Shown here one piece after another: positions 26,516 to 39,300 of a DNA stretch of 64,000 nucleotides. How positions within the stretch are numbered: the stretch's first letter is position 1; the number at the start of each line of letters is the position of its first letter. This stretch comes from Haliotis rufescens (taxonomy: Eukaryota). The position numbers and the translations under genes are program-made. The stretch covers positions 11,532,001-11,596,000 of the forward strand of contig NW_025963791.1 of assembly GCF_023055435.1 (NCBI RefSeq), written 5' to 3'. The notes under the pieces are model-generated. The model did no database searches. It was not told the DNA's origin and saw only the letters and a program-made list of their open reading frames with translations.

Positions 26516-27182
26516 TATGTAAGTCAGTAAAACAAAATTTATAGCGACGCACGCGTTCCATGATTTAAATAATCCGATCCCCATCGTTCAATCAAATTAT
26601 CGCTAACGACTCAAACTGCTTAAGGTGTTTGAAGAATGACTGCTTAATATAGAAAGTTCAGTATGTGAGTGAAGATGTGCTCTCCGATTCAGTGATACGA
26701 CTATACTGTGTGTTACATTTACTATTTATATTTAAAAAATGTGAAAAATAACGATTTGAACAGAAAATAAGTAAATCAGAAAAAAACATACGAGATGAAT
26801 TTTTTTCAATAAAATCTACAAAACCCTTTCCATAATCATAGGGCATCTCATTGTACGATTCCGACTATATCATAAGTATGTGCTTAGAAATCACAATCAA
26901 GTAATAATGACACCAGGTGTTCGCAAAAAGAAGGACTCTACATTGTCCAGTCTCCGCTTGAGCTCTGGTGCAGATATTGTAAAGTGTATTACACGCCATT
27001 GCTTGATACATTGACAGTGAAAGAGAAATTCAAGCTAGCATTTAAACATGAAACTTGCAGGTATTGCCAACTGGATCAAGTCTTGCTCGAAGCAGAATGT
27101 ATCTTCAAGGTCAACTGAGGGTTAAGCAATACTGCTAGAAAGTCGTTTAAAATCGTCAATTTCGGTTGAAGGCATTGATAGT

Positions 27183-27188
27183 TTTATT
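27183..27188 (-). terminator. Candidate polyadenylation signal (AATAAA) of receptor copy B
   Basis: tttatt on the + strand, ~220 nt downstream of the copy B stop codon. Confidence 0.35.
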
Positions 27189-27405
27189 AAGAGAATATTT
27201 ATATGTACAAGAAAACGTTGCGTTTTCGCTGTTGCCTGCACTCAGTAGTTGAGTACCGTCTCTTACATCTGTATCGTTTCCAAACTTCATGGCACCATTA
27301 CATGGGTTTTAGTATTGCCACAGTACTGGTTTACAGTAAACACTAACAATTGCCCCGAGACAATGGGCCATCGTCAAAGATTCGTCTTGGAACAGCAGGG
27401 CATAG

Positions 27406-29677
27406 TTACTGCGCCGGCAGACTTTCTCTCCTCGCTTCCGGCACTGCCCTCAAGTACATTCCTGTAGAGTAGAGAACATGCTTATAGTTATATTTTCTAG
27501 TGGTTTGCACTTTGTATGAAGACATTATTAACGCAGCATTGGGGGTTCAACTCTGGATATATACAGCTACATTTATCGCACTTTCGTAAAATGGCAATTC
27601 GCAAGCTATAATCAACTGACAAAATCCAGACAATTTAAGGTCAAAATACTCTGTGGCCTCTCCATACACACATGCCTATACACATACAAACACGCCCACA
27701 CGCCCCCCCCCCCCCCTTCCACACACACGCCCACACATACACACACACACACACGCTCACACATACACACATGCCTATACACAAACACACACGCCCACAC
27801 ATACACCATCTAGAAAAAACTGAAAGATAAGGTGGTTCTGAAAAATCAGACAGGTACCCTAATAATCGAAATAAGAAATATACCTGAATGTCATTAATCC
27901 AATATGAACACGGCATATAATTATATTAAAAAATAGAATCGTTCAAACAGAAGGCGACTAAAATTGCGTTTACAATACTGTGTGCAGCCCCCCTCTGCAC
28001 CAAATGAACATTTTGATATGTTTGTTCTTTATTACATAACTTTACAAGTAACGTCAACGAAACTGTTTCGACAAACTGTGCAAACCTTTTTGGCCACAAC
28101 AAATCCGCTAAGTGATCTGGAACGTCTTTTCTGTGTTACCATTGTCTAAGGTATTTTTTGGACGTTCTCAATTGTAACGTGCGGATGATGTAGACATGTA
28201 TACTTTCCCTTCATCAATAATCATCCGTCCGTGCGCTGTATTCTAGTAACGATCTCTGGGCCCACTTGCACAAAGCGATCTTAGCGCTAAGATGATCTTA
28301 ACTCCCATACTTCAGCATAGGCTTACAATAGTCTTAGCGCTAAGATCGCTTTGTGCAAGTGGGCCCTGGTATGGCCTGCACAGTTCCACATCTTTTTTTA
28401 TTTTTTTGTTTTGTTTTTGTATTTATGATTTTTTTTTCACATCCATGATCTACTCACCTCTGTCCTCTGAGGCAGACAGGACATCAATGGAGTCATAATC
28501 TAAAAATAACATGTACATAATAAAATATCAAGAATTACGCTTAAGAATATGGTAAACTGTCTGCTGTTGTCAACTGTTTGTATAATTTACCTTCAGTACA
28601 TTGAGAGAGAATCCGTACTCATTAACAGAGATACAGTGATCTGTCTCAAGATCCCACTGATGGTTCATATGAAATGCATTCGTGGTATGCGGACCGGAAC
28701 TATGGTACAGTAGACAGAGTGCCTGCACGGAGAGCGCAAGATTGGTGTTCGATCCCTGGCCGCGTCATACCAATATAGGTTGATAGATGGTACTTGTTGC
28801 CCTGGCTGGTGCTTGACATTGAGGGTACAATACAAAGAGTGGCTCGTAGTCATGTCACATTTGCAGCATAAGGTAAGTTGGCTAGCACTATACTAACGGC
28901 TAAATCCCGGATACATACACACGCATGCAGTAAAATCCTCTTCAACTCGACGGTAACTCGACATTTCACCCCACATCATGGTATGTTACCATAACTCTAC
29001 ACTCACATCACAATGCTCATTGCATATTGACCGCCTCCGTGGTTTAATGGTAGAGCGTCCGCCCGGAGAGCGGAAGGACCGGCGTTCGATCCCCAGCCGC
29101 GTCATACCAAAAGACGTTAAAAGATGGTACTTGTTGTTCCCCTGTCTGGCGCTCGGCATTAAGGGGCTAAAACAAGGACTGGTCGGCTCGGAGTCAGTAT
29201 ACTGTGTCTGAGTGGGGTATTCATGTTAAACTGCGGCATGGTATCACAGTGTGCTAGCACTATAAATCGGCATCAGTCCGGACTAGTACAAGCAGCCACA
29301 CACACATACACGTGCATGCACGTCGCTATATAAGTGCAATAATCTTGGACGCGACGTAAAACCCTATTTCACCTCACCTCACCTCATTGCATATTAAGTT
29401 AGGCGGCTGTTAAATGTTTGATAAACTGTTAAACACGCTCTCGACGAACATTTCTGACATGCTAAATGTATTACCTGTATCTGCTTTATCTCCACTGTTG
29501 GGCGCCCCTTCAAACAAACGTTAAATAATAAAGAATCATTGGTCACCAACCCCCAAATATGACATATATGACTGGTACGAAATTCAGGTAAGGCAGATTA
29601 AATACAACAATGCAGAAAGCATGTCATTTTAAGTCCCGAAAGATCTTGAAACAGACAGTAACACGCCTGAAATTTCA

Positions 29678-29709
<32 letters not shown>

Positions 29710-30273
29710 CACATACGTCGGTACACACTCCTTATACACTACAGCTATAACAGAACCATATATCCAGTCACCTTTATAGGACAAGACAGCACTTTCAGTC
29801 TGATGACATTAACCATGGCCTCAGCCATGAACATAGAGAATGTTACAAATATGTAGTTGCTATCGCTTACTATTCGTAAAGTCAATGTCTAAAGTATAAC
29901 GTGTAGTTGTTAAGCCCTTTCTATACCTGGCGATGCAACATCCTTAGATGATAGAAGACGAATCTGAAGCTTCACTTGGAGTTTTACNNNNNNNNNNNNN
30001 NNNNNNNNNNNNNNNNNNNNNNNNNNNNNNNNNNNNNNNNNNNNNNNNNNNNNNNNNNNNNNNNNNNNNNNNNNNNNNNNNNNNNNNNNNNNNNNNNNNN
30101 NNNNNNNNNNNNNNNNNNNNNNNNNNNNNNNNNNNNNNNNNNNNNNNNNNNNNNNNNNNNNNNNNNNNNNNNNNNNNNNNNNNNNNNNNNNNNNNAGTGA
30201 GAGGGTGAGAGGGTGAGTGAGTGAGAGGGTGAGTGAGTGAGAGGGTGAGTGAGTGAGAGGGTGAGTGAGTGAG

Positions 30274-30311
<38 letters not shown>

Positions 30312-33300
30312 GACACGACCATGACGTATGACAGTTGTTGATTTGGTTGTGTATATTTCATATTCGTTTTCGCATGCGTTTGACCACATATTGCCAAAGT
30401 TTGTGCCATGTGTCATAATGTGATCTTTGGCGACCTTCACCTGGCTCCAAAACGTGATCACTACAAGATTTATGGTTTTCCAACCAGATATACTCCAGGT
30501 ATCATACAACGAAATTCTCACAGTGACCTTGACCTTTTAAAAACACCAAATCACACGTGGAATAATTCCCCAGGGTTGCATATGAGAAAACCAATATGGC
30601 AATGGACAAATTCGAGCAACATATCTACACTGTAGTATAATGTATAATATATGACAGGCCAAATTATATTTGCTAATGTGAGACATAAGTCCAAGTGATT
30701 TATATACATTTAAGCTGTGTACATTCCTCCCGTTAAACAGTACCCATATTTCCAGACAGCTAAAATGAGGTTCCCATTAAATAGCGATGAAAACTGTTAC
30801 CCCTTTGGCGTCTGTATTTTACACACATGACGATGACCGTCACAGCCAGAACAAGGATAGCTGCTCCTTCCCCTGCTAAAGCCGCCATCAGTTCAACAGA
30901 GATGCCGCTGACAATAGAAGACAACAATCTAGTGTCAGGGAGTGTCGTGCAATGCTGAGCCGGCCTGTAAACAACCTAAAGACCAGGCAAACAAGTTTAC
31001 GATAACATGAGATAAGGTCCGCTGCATCGGTGCGCGATGACACACAAATTACCTGGTCCTATAATGTCCAAAAAATGTTTAAATTACAGAGTGGAACAAT
31101 TTGAGCTGATTTACTGATGGAGTGAGTGAGTGAGTGGGTGGGTGAGTGAGTGAGTGAGTGAGTGAAGCCGCTTTGAAAATTCCAGTTATCGCCCTGAAGT
31201 GCCGAATGGGATGCAACTCTGCACAGCGAGTTGTGGCGCCGTAGACGACTGGGCCACAAGCGCCCCCTGTTTTCAGTCGAACAAAGATTTGAGTGACAGG
31301 GAAACAACAAAATAAGACATTTTGAGCTGATTAAGTGAAGTCATTAGTTGATAGTTCAAAACAACAAAGTAAAACATGTTGAGCTGATTAAGTGAAGTCA
31401 TTTGTTGATAGTTCAAAACAACAAAGTAAATCATTTGGAGCTGATTAAGTGAAGTCATTAGTTCATAGTTCAAAACAACAAAGTTACACATGTTCAGCTG
31501 ATTAAGTGAAGGGGCGGTCGGGTAGCCTAGTGGTTAAAGCGTTCGCTCGTCACGCCAAAGACCCGGGTTCGATTCCCGACATGGGTACAATGTGTGAAGC
31601 CCATTTCTGGTTTCCCCCATGCCGTGATATTGCAGGAATATTGCTAAAATCAGCGTAAAACCTTACTCACTCACTCACTCACTGATTAAGTGAAGTCCTT
31701 AGTTGATAGTTCAAAACAACAAAGTAAAACATTTGGAGCTGATTAAGTGAAGTCATCAATTGATAGTTCATAAAACAGATAGGGCAGGGTCATCAGTAAA
31801 TGCTATTTACCTCTGTTATCCAGGAATTATTTAGCAGTTTGTGTCGGTGTTGATCACAAATACAAGCTGTATCAAAGTTCAACTATCTATTTAAGAACAG
31901 TTCCCAATTCAATCACAGCTTACAACGTGTATATGATCCTGAATCAAAATTCGTTCTTAGATAATCACGAGGAACAGGACAGCAGAAAACGTAAAGACAG
32001 CTAAATGTAATCCTTATACCAGTCAAACGTACCTGGCCATACCCGCTGTTGTTTCAAATGTACACTTGTCGCACTCATATTGACTTGGGCAGTTTGCAGT
32101 GTAGGTAATTCTCAGGTCCTGTTCATCCATTTTGAAAGTGAAGACGTCCCCAGCGGCCATGCCAACCTACCCAAGAACATTATAAGCATCATCTATGAAA
32201 AAAGGCATTGAATGATGCATACATATGGAAGGGTGGTCACACAAGGTGGTGGATGGCAATGTACTTGAACACTATTTGTTCACCTTCTTTTCAAGGATTG
32301 AAAATAAAGACGCACAGTGTCTTTTTTGTTTTGTGAATTAATTTTATTTCAGTTCTTCAGCGGGAAAAACAAGTTCTCATGTCATCAATTTTACATGTAT
32401 TGACACCAGATGGAACTTTAAAACGTTGATATTCTTTTCAGATATAATAATACATATGGCCTAATTTCATTCCAGGTAACATAACCTCGTTAGGACATGT
32501 TTTCCAGTGGCCTAAAGTGAAACATACATTCCATTTATTGTACAATTTACAAGTGGTCACAATGTTTCCACTTTAATCTATAAAATATCTGATCAGCACG
32601 ATGTATTTCCTTCACAGTCGGAAAAGTATGAAACCCATTTCTGGTATCCCCCGCCGTGATATTGCTAGAATATTGCTAAAAGCGCATAAAAACACACTCA
32701 CTCACTACAGTAGGAAAAACAGTGAGCACAAAAAGTATATATTAACAAATCTGCGGTGAGATATACTTCTTTCACTTTTACCGAAGAGGTATAGATAATC
32801 AATTTCAGTTTTGCATAGAGTTCTTAAATACAATACAACGTCTGTCAACATCATCATCAGACATAGATGCTCGTGTAGATGGAGAAGTCGGGATTTATTT
32901 ATCAATTTTTTATCATAAGATCATCTGACAGATATAAGTTCATTAGATATTTGATTAGTTGATGTTACTGCTTGTGGAATTTTGAGATCCTTAGGCAGAA
33001 ATTGATATAAACGACATACACGCATAGAATACTTACGTCTTTGTATTCAAGGTCATCAGATCCAATTCCTGGAACTAGCTGAGAGATCCGAAATCCACTT
33101 GCACCATTTCCGCCCTCATCAAATACACGACGTTGTTTGCCGTCCCTGTAGACGTCCAGCTGAACATCTTTGGTGTAGCGGATCAGCTCAGAGGTTGAGT
33201 ATTCTGGACACTTTGTGGCAGTCCCTCGACAGACATGATGAAGGCTGCTTCTGAAACCTCGGACCAAGGCATACAAGGCAGTGGTAGCGAATGGGACCCA

Positions 33301-36300
33301 TGTGTCAATCTGATGGTGACTTGAGAGCAGTGAGGAAGTACATTCCTGTTTGTCCTTTTTCAGAAAACTGCCTGGAAAGAAACAGTTTGCCCTTTTCTCC
33401 AAAAATGGTCTCAGCCAGGGGTTTACATCGGAAGAGCTGCTGATATTGCGAAAATACTGTTCAAAATGTGGGTCAACTGGAAGATCCTGAGCCATGGTGA
33501 AGCTTCCTTTCAGGTTGTAGTTGCCTTTAATAACGTTAGTCCGTCTAGCCCAGCCCTCTCCAGATCCAAAGAAAATAAACTCTCCCAGTTTAATCTCTTC
33601 ACTGACAGCTGTCATCAGAGCTGGTGTGGTGTGTGATCGGGAAAACACAATCACCATTCTGGCTGCCCTAAACTGTCTCAGTTTATACACGATGCCCACA
33701 TATCGTTTTGGATCAATGTCTTCTTTCACTGGTACGCTTTGTGCTACACAAACTCCTGCCTTGTTAGCTCCTTCCAGGACAGAATCCCGACCAGACTGTC
33801 CATACGCCTCATCAGTGTACAACACCTGGATGTACTTGGCTCTGAGCTTCTTGGCTACCTTCATCATTGGTTGCACTTGGTCATCCAGTGATGATGCTGT
33901 TCTCATGAACGTTGGGTATTTGTTCCTCGCTCTTAACTTGGAACTAGTAGAGGCATAGGCTATAAACAGTTGGTCCAGTTGTTTCATTGTGGATGCTAGT
34001 GGAATGCTGATCGAACTCGCTAATGGCCCTATGTAGCCAATTACTTTGTCACTTATCGCTGAACTTTGGACCCCACCCCCGAGATGAAGTTCACCTTTAT
34101 GTAATTTCACAATTTTATCCCTAATTATCACAGGGTTGTTGCATGTGTCCAGCACAACCAACCCTATGGATGTGTTACCAAGAACTGATGGAAATTCTCC
34201 TGTTTTGTTGTTCACATCTTTTGTAGCAAACATCAAAGCCTCTGCAATGTCTACACCTATAGCTGACCTTAAGGGGCCACACCTGAAGACGTTTAGGGAG
34301 TCTCCATCAGTGCTTCGTCTGTTGTGTATGGGAACAAGAGCAACAACATAATAGTCCCCTTTAATGTGTATGATCTCCTCCAATGGGTCTTTAAGGCATT
34401 CTGGACAGTTGTATCCCTTGTGACAATTACCAGGAACTGGGCTGCCCTTTTTGCCAGATTTATCGAAGGATTGAATTTGATCAAGGGACAACTTCAGTGA
34501 TCCATTGAAAGAGCCAACCTGAAATGCAAAGAAAAATACTTTTGAACTGTTGTTAAATTACTTCACCTGTGTGCATTTAGCAAACATGTGGAAACGCGAA
34601 CTCAGCGGTACATCGGAGAAGATGTATATGGCACTATGACCTTTAAGAGTCATGCAATCTAACTGGTCCATAAGCAGTATCGAACCTTCTTGAGACCATA
34701 ATTTCTAGACCACAAGAGAAAACATTTATTTAGAAGCACTTCATTCACACACTGCCAAGATGGACAATTTTAAATACTGGTCTGACTTCATTAACGTTGC
34801 TAAACACTGTGTTACGTTTCCTAGAATATTCAAATTAAGCGTGGCTTTATATATCAGGCGGAAGACTTGACGAGCAAAGGCTGGTGTAAATGGCGGGTGC
34901 TACTGGTAGGGCAGGTAATGTTTACCATTTTCGCGAACACCTGGTGTCATAATTGATTTTCAGTGGTCCATTCATATAATTTTCACAGCTATTTTGTCCT
35001 TTACGCCCAATGGAATTTTCTTGCATTGAAAATTTATATTCCATTATGACCTACCTTATGAAAGTTAAATTCTGTATGATTCCTCTTGTAGTTGTATATT
35101 TCGTACAAGCTCTTCTCAGTGTACAGGTGCATCTCGCCTTTGCTGAAGGATATGTTTCCCCTTCCTGGAAATAAACTACCCATCAGATCTGAGGGTTTCA
35201 GTCTCAGCTTTTCAATTTCTGCAATTAAGGTTCCCTGTGATACGTCTCTCATGGCATTGCATATTGTGTTCCCTGCACCACAAGTCCGACTGATGACGTT
35301 CTTGAAGACCTGTGCCATCACACCAGTGGCTAGAACTGCATAGGAAATAAAGAGAGGTTGTTGGGTGATTTCATAGCTGTTGGACGAGTCACTCCAGCAC
35401 TTGATAATGTCAGTTTCTGGACGTAAATCGCATCCAGTCAAAGACCGGAAGTAAAGGGATAACCAATGGTTTTCTTTTGCTTCTTCACGGAATGTTGTTG
35501 CATTTTGAAACAGAGTGTTCCAGTGAGAGGTAAATTCAGGTATTGGTTCATACACTGGAGTCGGTAGAAGAAGCCCTTTTGCTCGATCAAATACATTATT
35601 CTGACCGTTTTGTAGATACGATGGTTCCAGTGCTAACGCCTCGGACACAATCATCTGAAACTGATCATTAAGTAGGTGTTCATCAAGGTATTCCAAAACT
35701 CGAGTGACAGTCTGTCTTCGTCCGAAGAACACCATCCCTGAAACAGGGCTTGACTTGATGTCCAACTTTTCTCGCAGGGAAACAATACTGCTTGTCGTAG
35801 TGATCATTTCAAATACAGGAATGCAGATTCCCCGACGTTCAGATTCTACTTTCAAAGCTGTTGCACCTTCAATGCTATAGGAATCATTCTCGTAGCTAAT
35901 GGCAACATAGTTCCATTTCAACTGTTGAATTAGCTGCAGCATGACCTGCGAAGATATGATAGATATGTTCTCAAGAGATGCACCTCAGGGGAATGATAAT
36001 AATTAATGCAGTAACCTGCGGCATTAATAATAGGGCCAACAGATATGATATACAGAGGACACAGCGTGATTTAACATGACAAGAGTCTTGAATTGAAATG
36101 AGTTTCAGATTGGCTTTAAAATGCTTGTCTTGTCTTACCTCCACTTGGACATTGTCTGCCACTATGACACGGTACAGATTTTTGTAGATAGTTTTATCGG
36201 TGAGACTGGCGGCTGTGGCTGAGTAGCTGACCTGTAGCAGACGATCGTCTACCGGAAGTGAGCTTAGCAGACGTGACACTGGCTGAGTTTCTGATGTGGT

Positions 36301-39300
36301 TTCTGGACCAAGAATACCTGAAAATCATCAGGAAAATACGCTATCAAGATACCCGATCATTCAATATCCTCTGTGTGAAAGTTCTTCAGGAAATATACTG
36401 TCTAGTACACTAGATTTCAAGTCAGTGTGTAAAGTTGTCATTGATAGAATGCAAAAACTGAAAATAGGAACAGATTTGGAATAAACCCATTCAAAATCTG
36501 GTTGCCCTTCAGGAATAGTATGTAGGCTTTCCAAATGGCAAGGCCTCCGATTACATAACCCTTATGTGCCAGCATCACTATATTAATTATTTGATTAAAG
36601 AGCTTGGTCTAAGTGACATATCAAATCATGCCACCTGTATGACCTCAAAAGACTCCATTCCAAAGCTCCATAAAACTAAAGGAAGATATCGCAGGGTCCA
36701 GGAAACGTACCACTAAATCTCTGCCTCAACGATCATCTATGAGGAAGGATTTGGCTGGTTGGTTTGTTGTTTAACGCCGCACTCAGCAATATTCTAGCTA
36801 TATGACGGCGGTCTGTGTACATAATCGAGTCTGGACCAGACAATCCAGTGATTGATATCATGAACATCGATCCAGGCAATTGGGATCAATGACATGCTTC
36901 AACCAAGTCAGCGAGTCTGACCACCCGATCCCGTTAGTCGCCTTGTACGACAAGCATAGTCACCTTTTACGTCAAGCATGGATTATAAGAAAGGACTTTT
37001 TTATATTCACAGAAAGTATTTGTGACAAGTGGAATTAATAAATACCATGTAGTTTCTATAAAACGCAAAGGATTTTTGTTTGACTTCTTACAAGCTCAGA
37101 AAAGAACCAGGTTCAATTCTGTCAAAACATTTGATTTTTCAACTTTGTACACCACTATCCCACATGAGAAACGTAAGGAAGGAAAAACTTTATTCTTATT
37201 TCATGTACTAAGTCACTATTGTGACCGCCTCCGTGGTCTAGTGGTAGAGCGTCGGCCCGGAGAGCGGAAGGTCCGGGGTTCGATCCCCGGGCGCGTCATA
37301 CCAAAGGACGTTAACAGATGGTACTTGGTGTTACCCTGTCTGGCGCTCGGCATTAAGGGGCTACAACAAGGACTGGTCGGCTCGGAGTCAGTATACTGTG
37401 TCTGAGTGGGGTATTCATGTTAAACTGCAGCATGGTATCTCAGTGTGCTAGCACTATAAATCGGCATCAGTCCGGACTAGTACAAGCATGCACATCGCTA
37501 TATAAGTGCAATAATCTTGGACGCGACGTTAAACCCAATTTCACCTCACCTCACTAAGTCCATTGTTACTTCTTCATTAGTTTCATTATCAAGTGATATA
37601 GTTAGTTGTTGTGATGTTTCAGAAAGGTCTTTTTTCCCACGTTCCTTTTTCTTTGGCAGACGCGTACGAAATTGTCCTATCGTGAATCATTAGTATTACT
37701 ACTTCCCAAAACATCTGATTTACCCACCTGAACTAGAAATGAAGGAGACCAGTTTCATGTTTACATCTGCGCACAAAACTTCAGAATGATAACAAGAGTG
37801 CTCTGAGAGCACAACATCCCCCGCATGAATTTTTTTAACGAGTCAAATGAAGCTCCGTAAAACAGGGGCATCTTGTGTGTAGAGTGTGAAGAATTGATTT
37901 CACAAGCTTAGTACCCTCTCTCACAATTAGGCAAATGAAGCTCCGTAAAACAGGGGCAGTAACTCTGTCAAAATTAGTCGAAATGAAACGGGACTGCGAT
38001 ATGCGTATCATCAACATGTCAACATCTTGTGTGTAGAGTGTCAGGGATATTCTCTGGAAACTGTAGGAGGAGTTGATTTCACAAGCTTAGTACCCTCTCT
38101 CACAATTAGGCAAATGTAGCTCCGTAAAACAGGGGCAGTAACTCTGTCAAAATTAGTCGAAATGAAACGGGACTGGGATATGCGTATCATCAACATGGCG
38201 ACATCTTGTGTGTAGAGTGTCAGGGATATTCTCTGGAAACTGTAGGAGGAGTTGATTTCACAGGCTTAGTACCCTCTGTGGGACGAAAAGACGGACAGAC
38301 AGACAGACGGACGGACGGACGGACTGCGCCACGACATAATCCCCCTGCGGCCATTCTGGCCCGGGGGGGGGGGGGAGGGATGACTTCAGCTTTCCAATAG
38401 TCAACTTGCCTTTACATCCATATTCCAGCAGCTCAAGTCTTTGGTGTCTACATTTCACAACGTTTGAGGTACGATTGAGCATACTCTACGAATATTTCAA
38501 AGAACGTCGTACGACTCTATCTCAAAAGTTGTTTGATCAATGTTTTAAGAAGGCCCCATGAAAGCTTTTTAATGGTAGATATGTAGCGGGCATGTCCGAT
38601 GCAATTCCCTATTTTGACTTGTGCCTAATGTTCCCGTGTCTTTTTCAGGTGAACAGTTTACTTGCTTTTACATGTGGTTGTGACGGGTGCCACCGGTGGG
38701 GAAGGATAAGCTCACCTTTTTGCGAACACCTGGCCCCGGGATCATGAAACTTACTTAAGACTATATTTTGTCTTAACTCTTAAGACAAAATTCGTGCTAA
38801 GCAAAATTTGAGCTAAGACCACTTTCATGATCCCGGGGCCAGGTATCACTATTCACTCACCCAGACAGTGTGATTAAAGCTGGCATCCATACAAACTGCT
38901 ATTTCTGAACAGTATGAACAAAGAAGTTGCCATACAAATTGTTTGTTATTAACAGTGTAAATAAAGAAGTTGCCATCCATACAAAGTGCCTTTTATTGAC
39001 AGTGTAAATAAAGAAGTTGCCATACAAAGTGTTTGTTATTAACAGTGTAAATAAAGAAGTTGCCGTCTATACAATGTTCTTGTTATTAACAGTGTAAATA
39101 AAGAAGTTGCCATCCATACAAAGTGCCTTTTATTGACAGTGTAAATAAAGAAGTTGCCATACAAAGTGTTTGTTATAAACAGTGTAAATAAAGAAGTTGC
39201 CGTCCATATAATGTTTTTGTTATTGACAGTGTAAATAAAGAAGTTGCCATCCATACAAAGTGCCTTTTATTGACAGTGTAAATAAAGAAGTTGCCATCCA

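Larger units (their letters stand above)
36520..38730 (+). mobile_element. Fragmented Penelope-like (Naiad/Chlamys-type) retroelement RT relic with nested insertions
   Basis: Ordered peptide remnants: [96 protein letters not shown]. Split by two SINEs and a HINE-like element. Confidence 0.75.
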
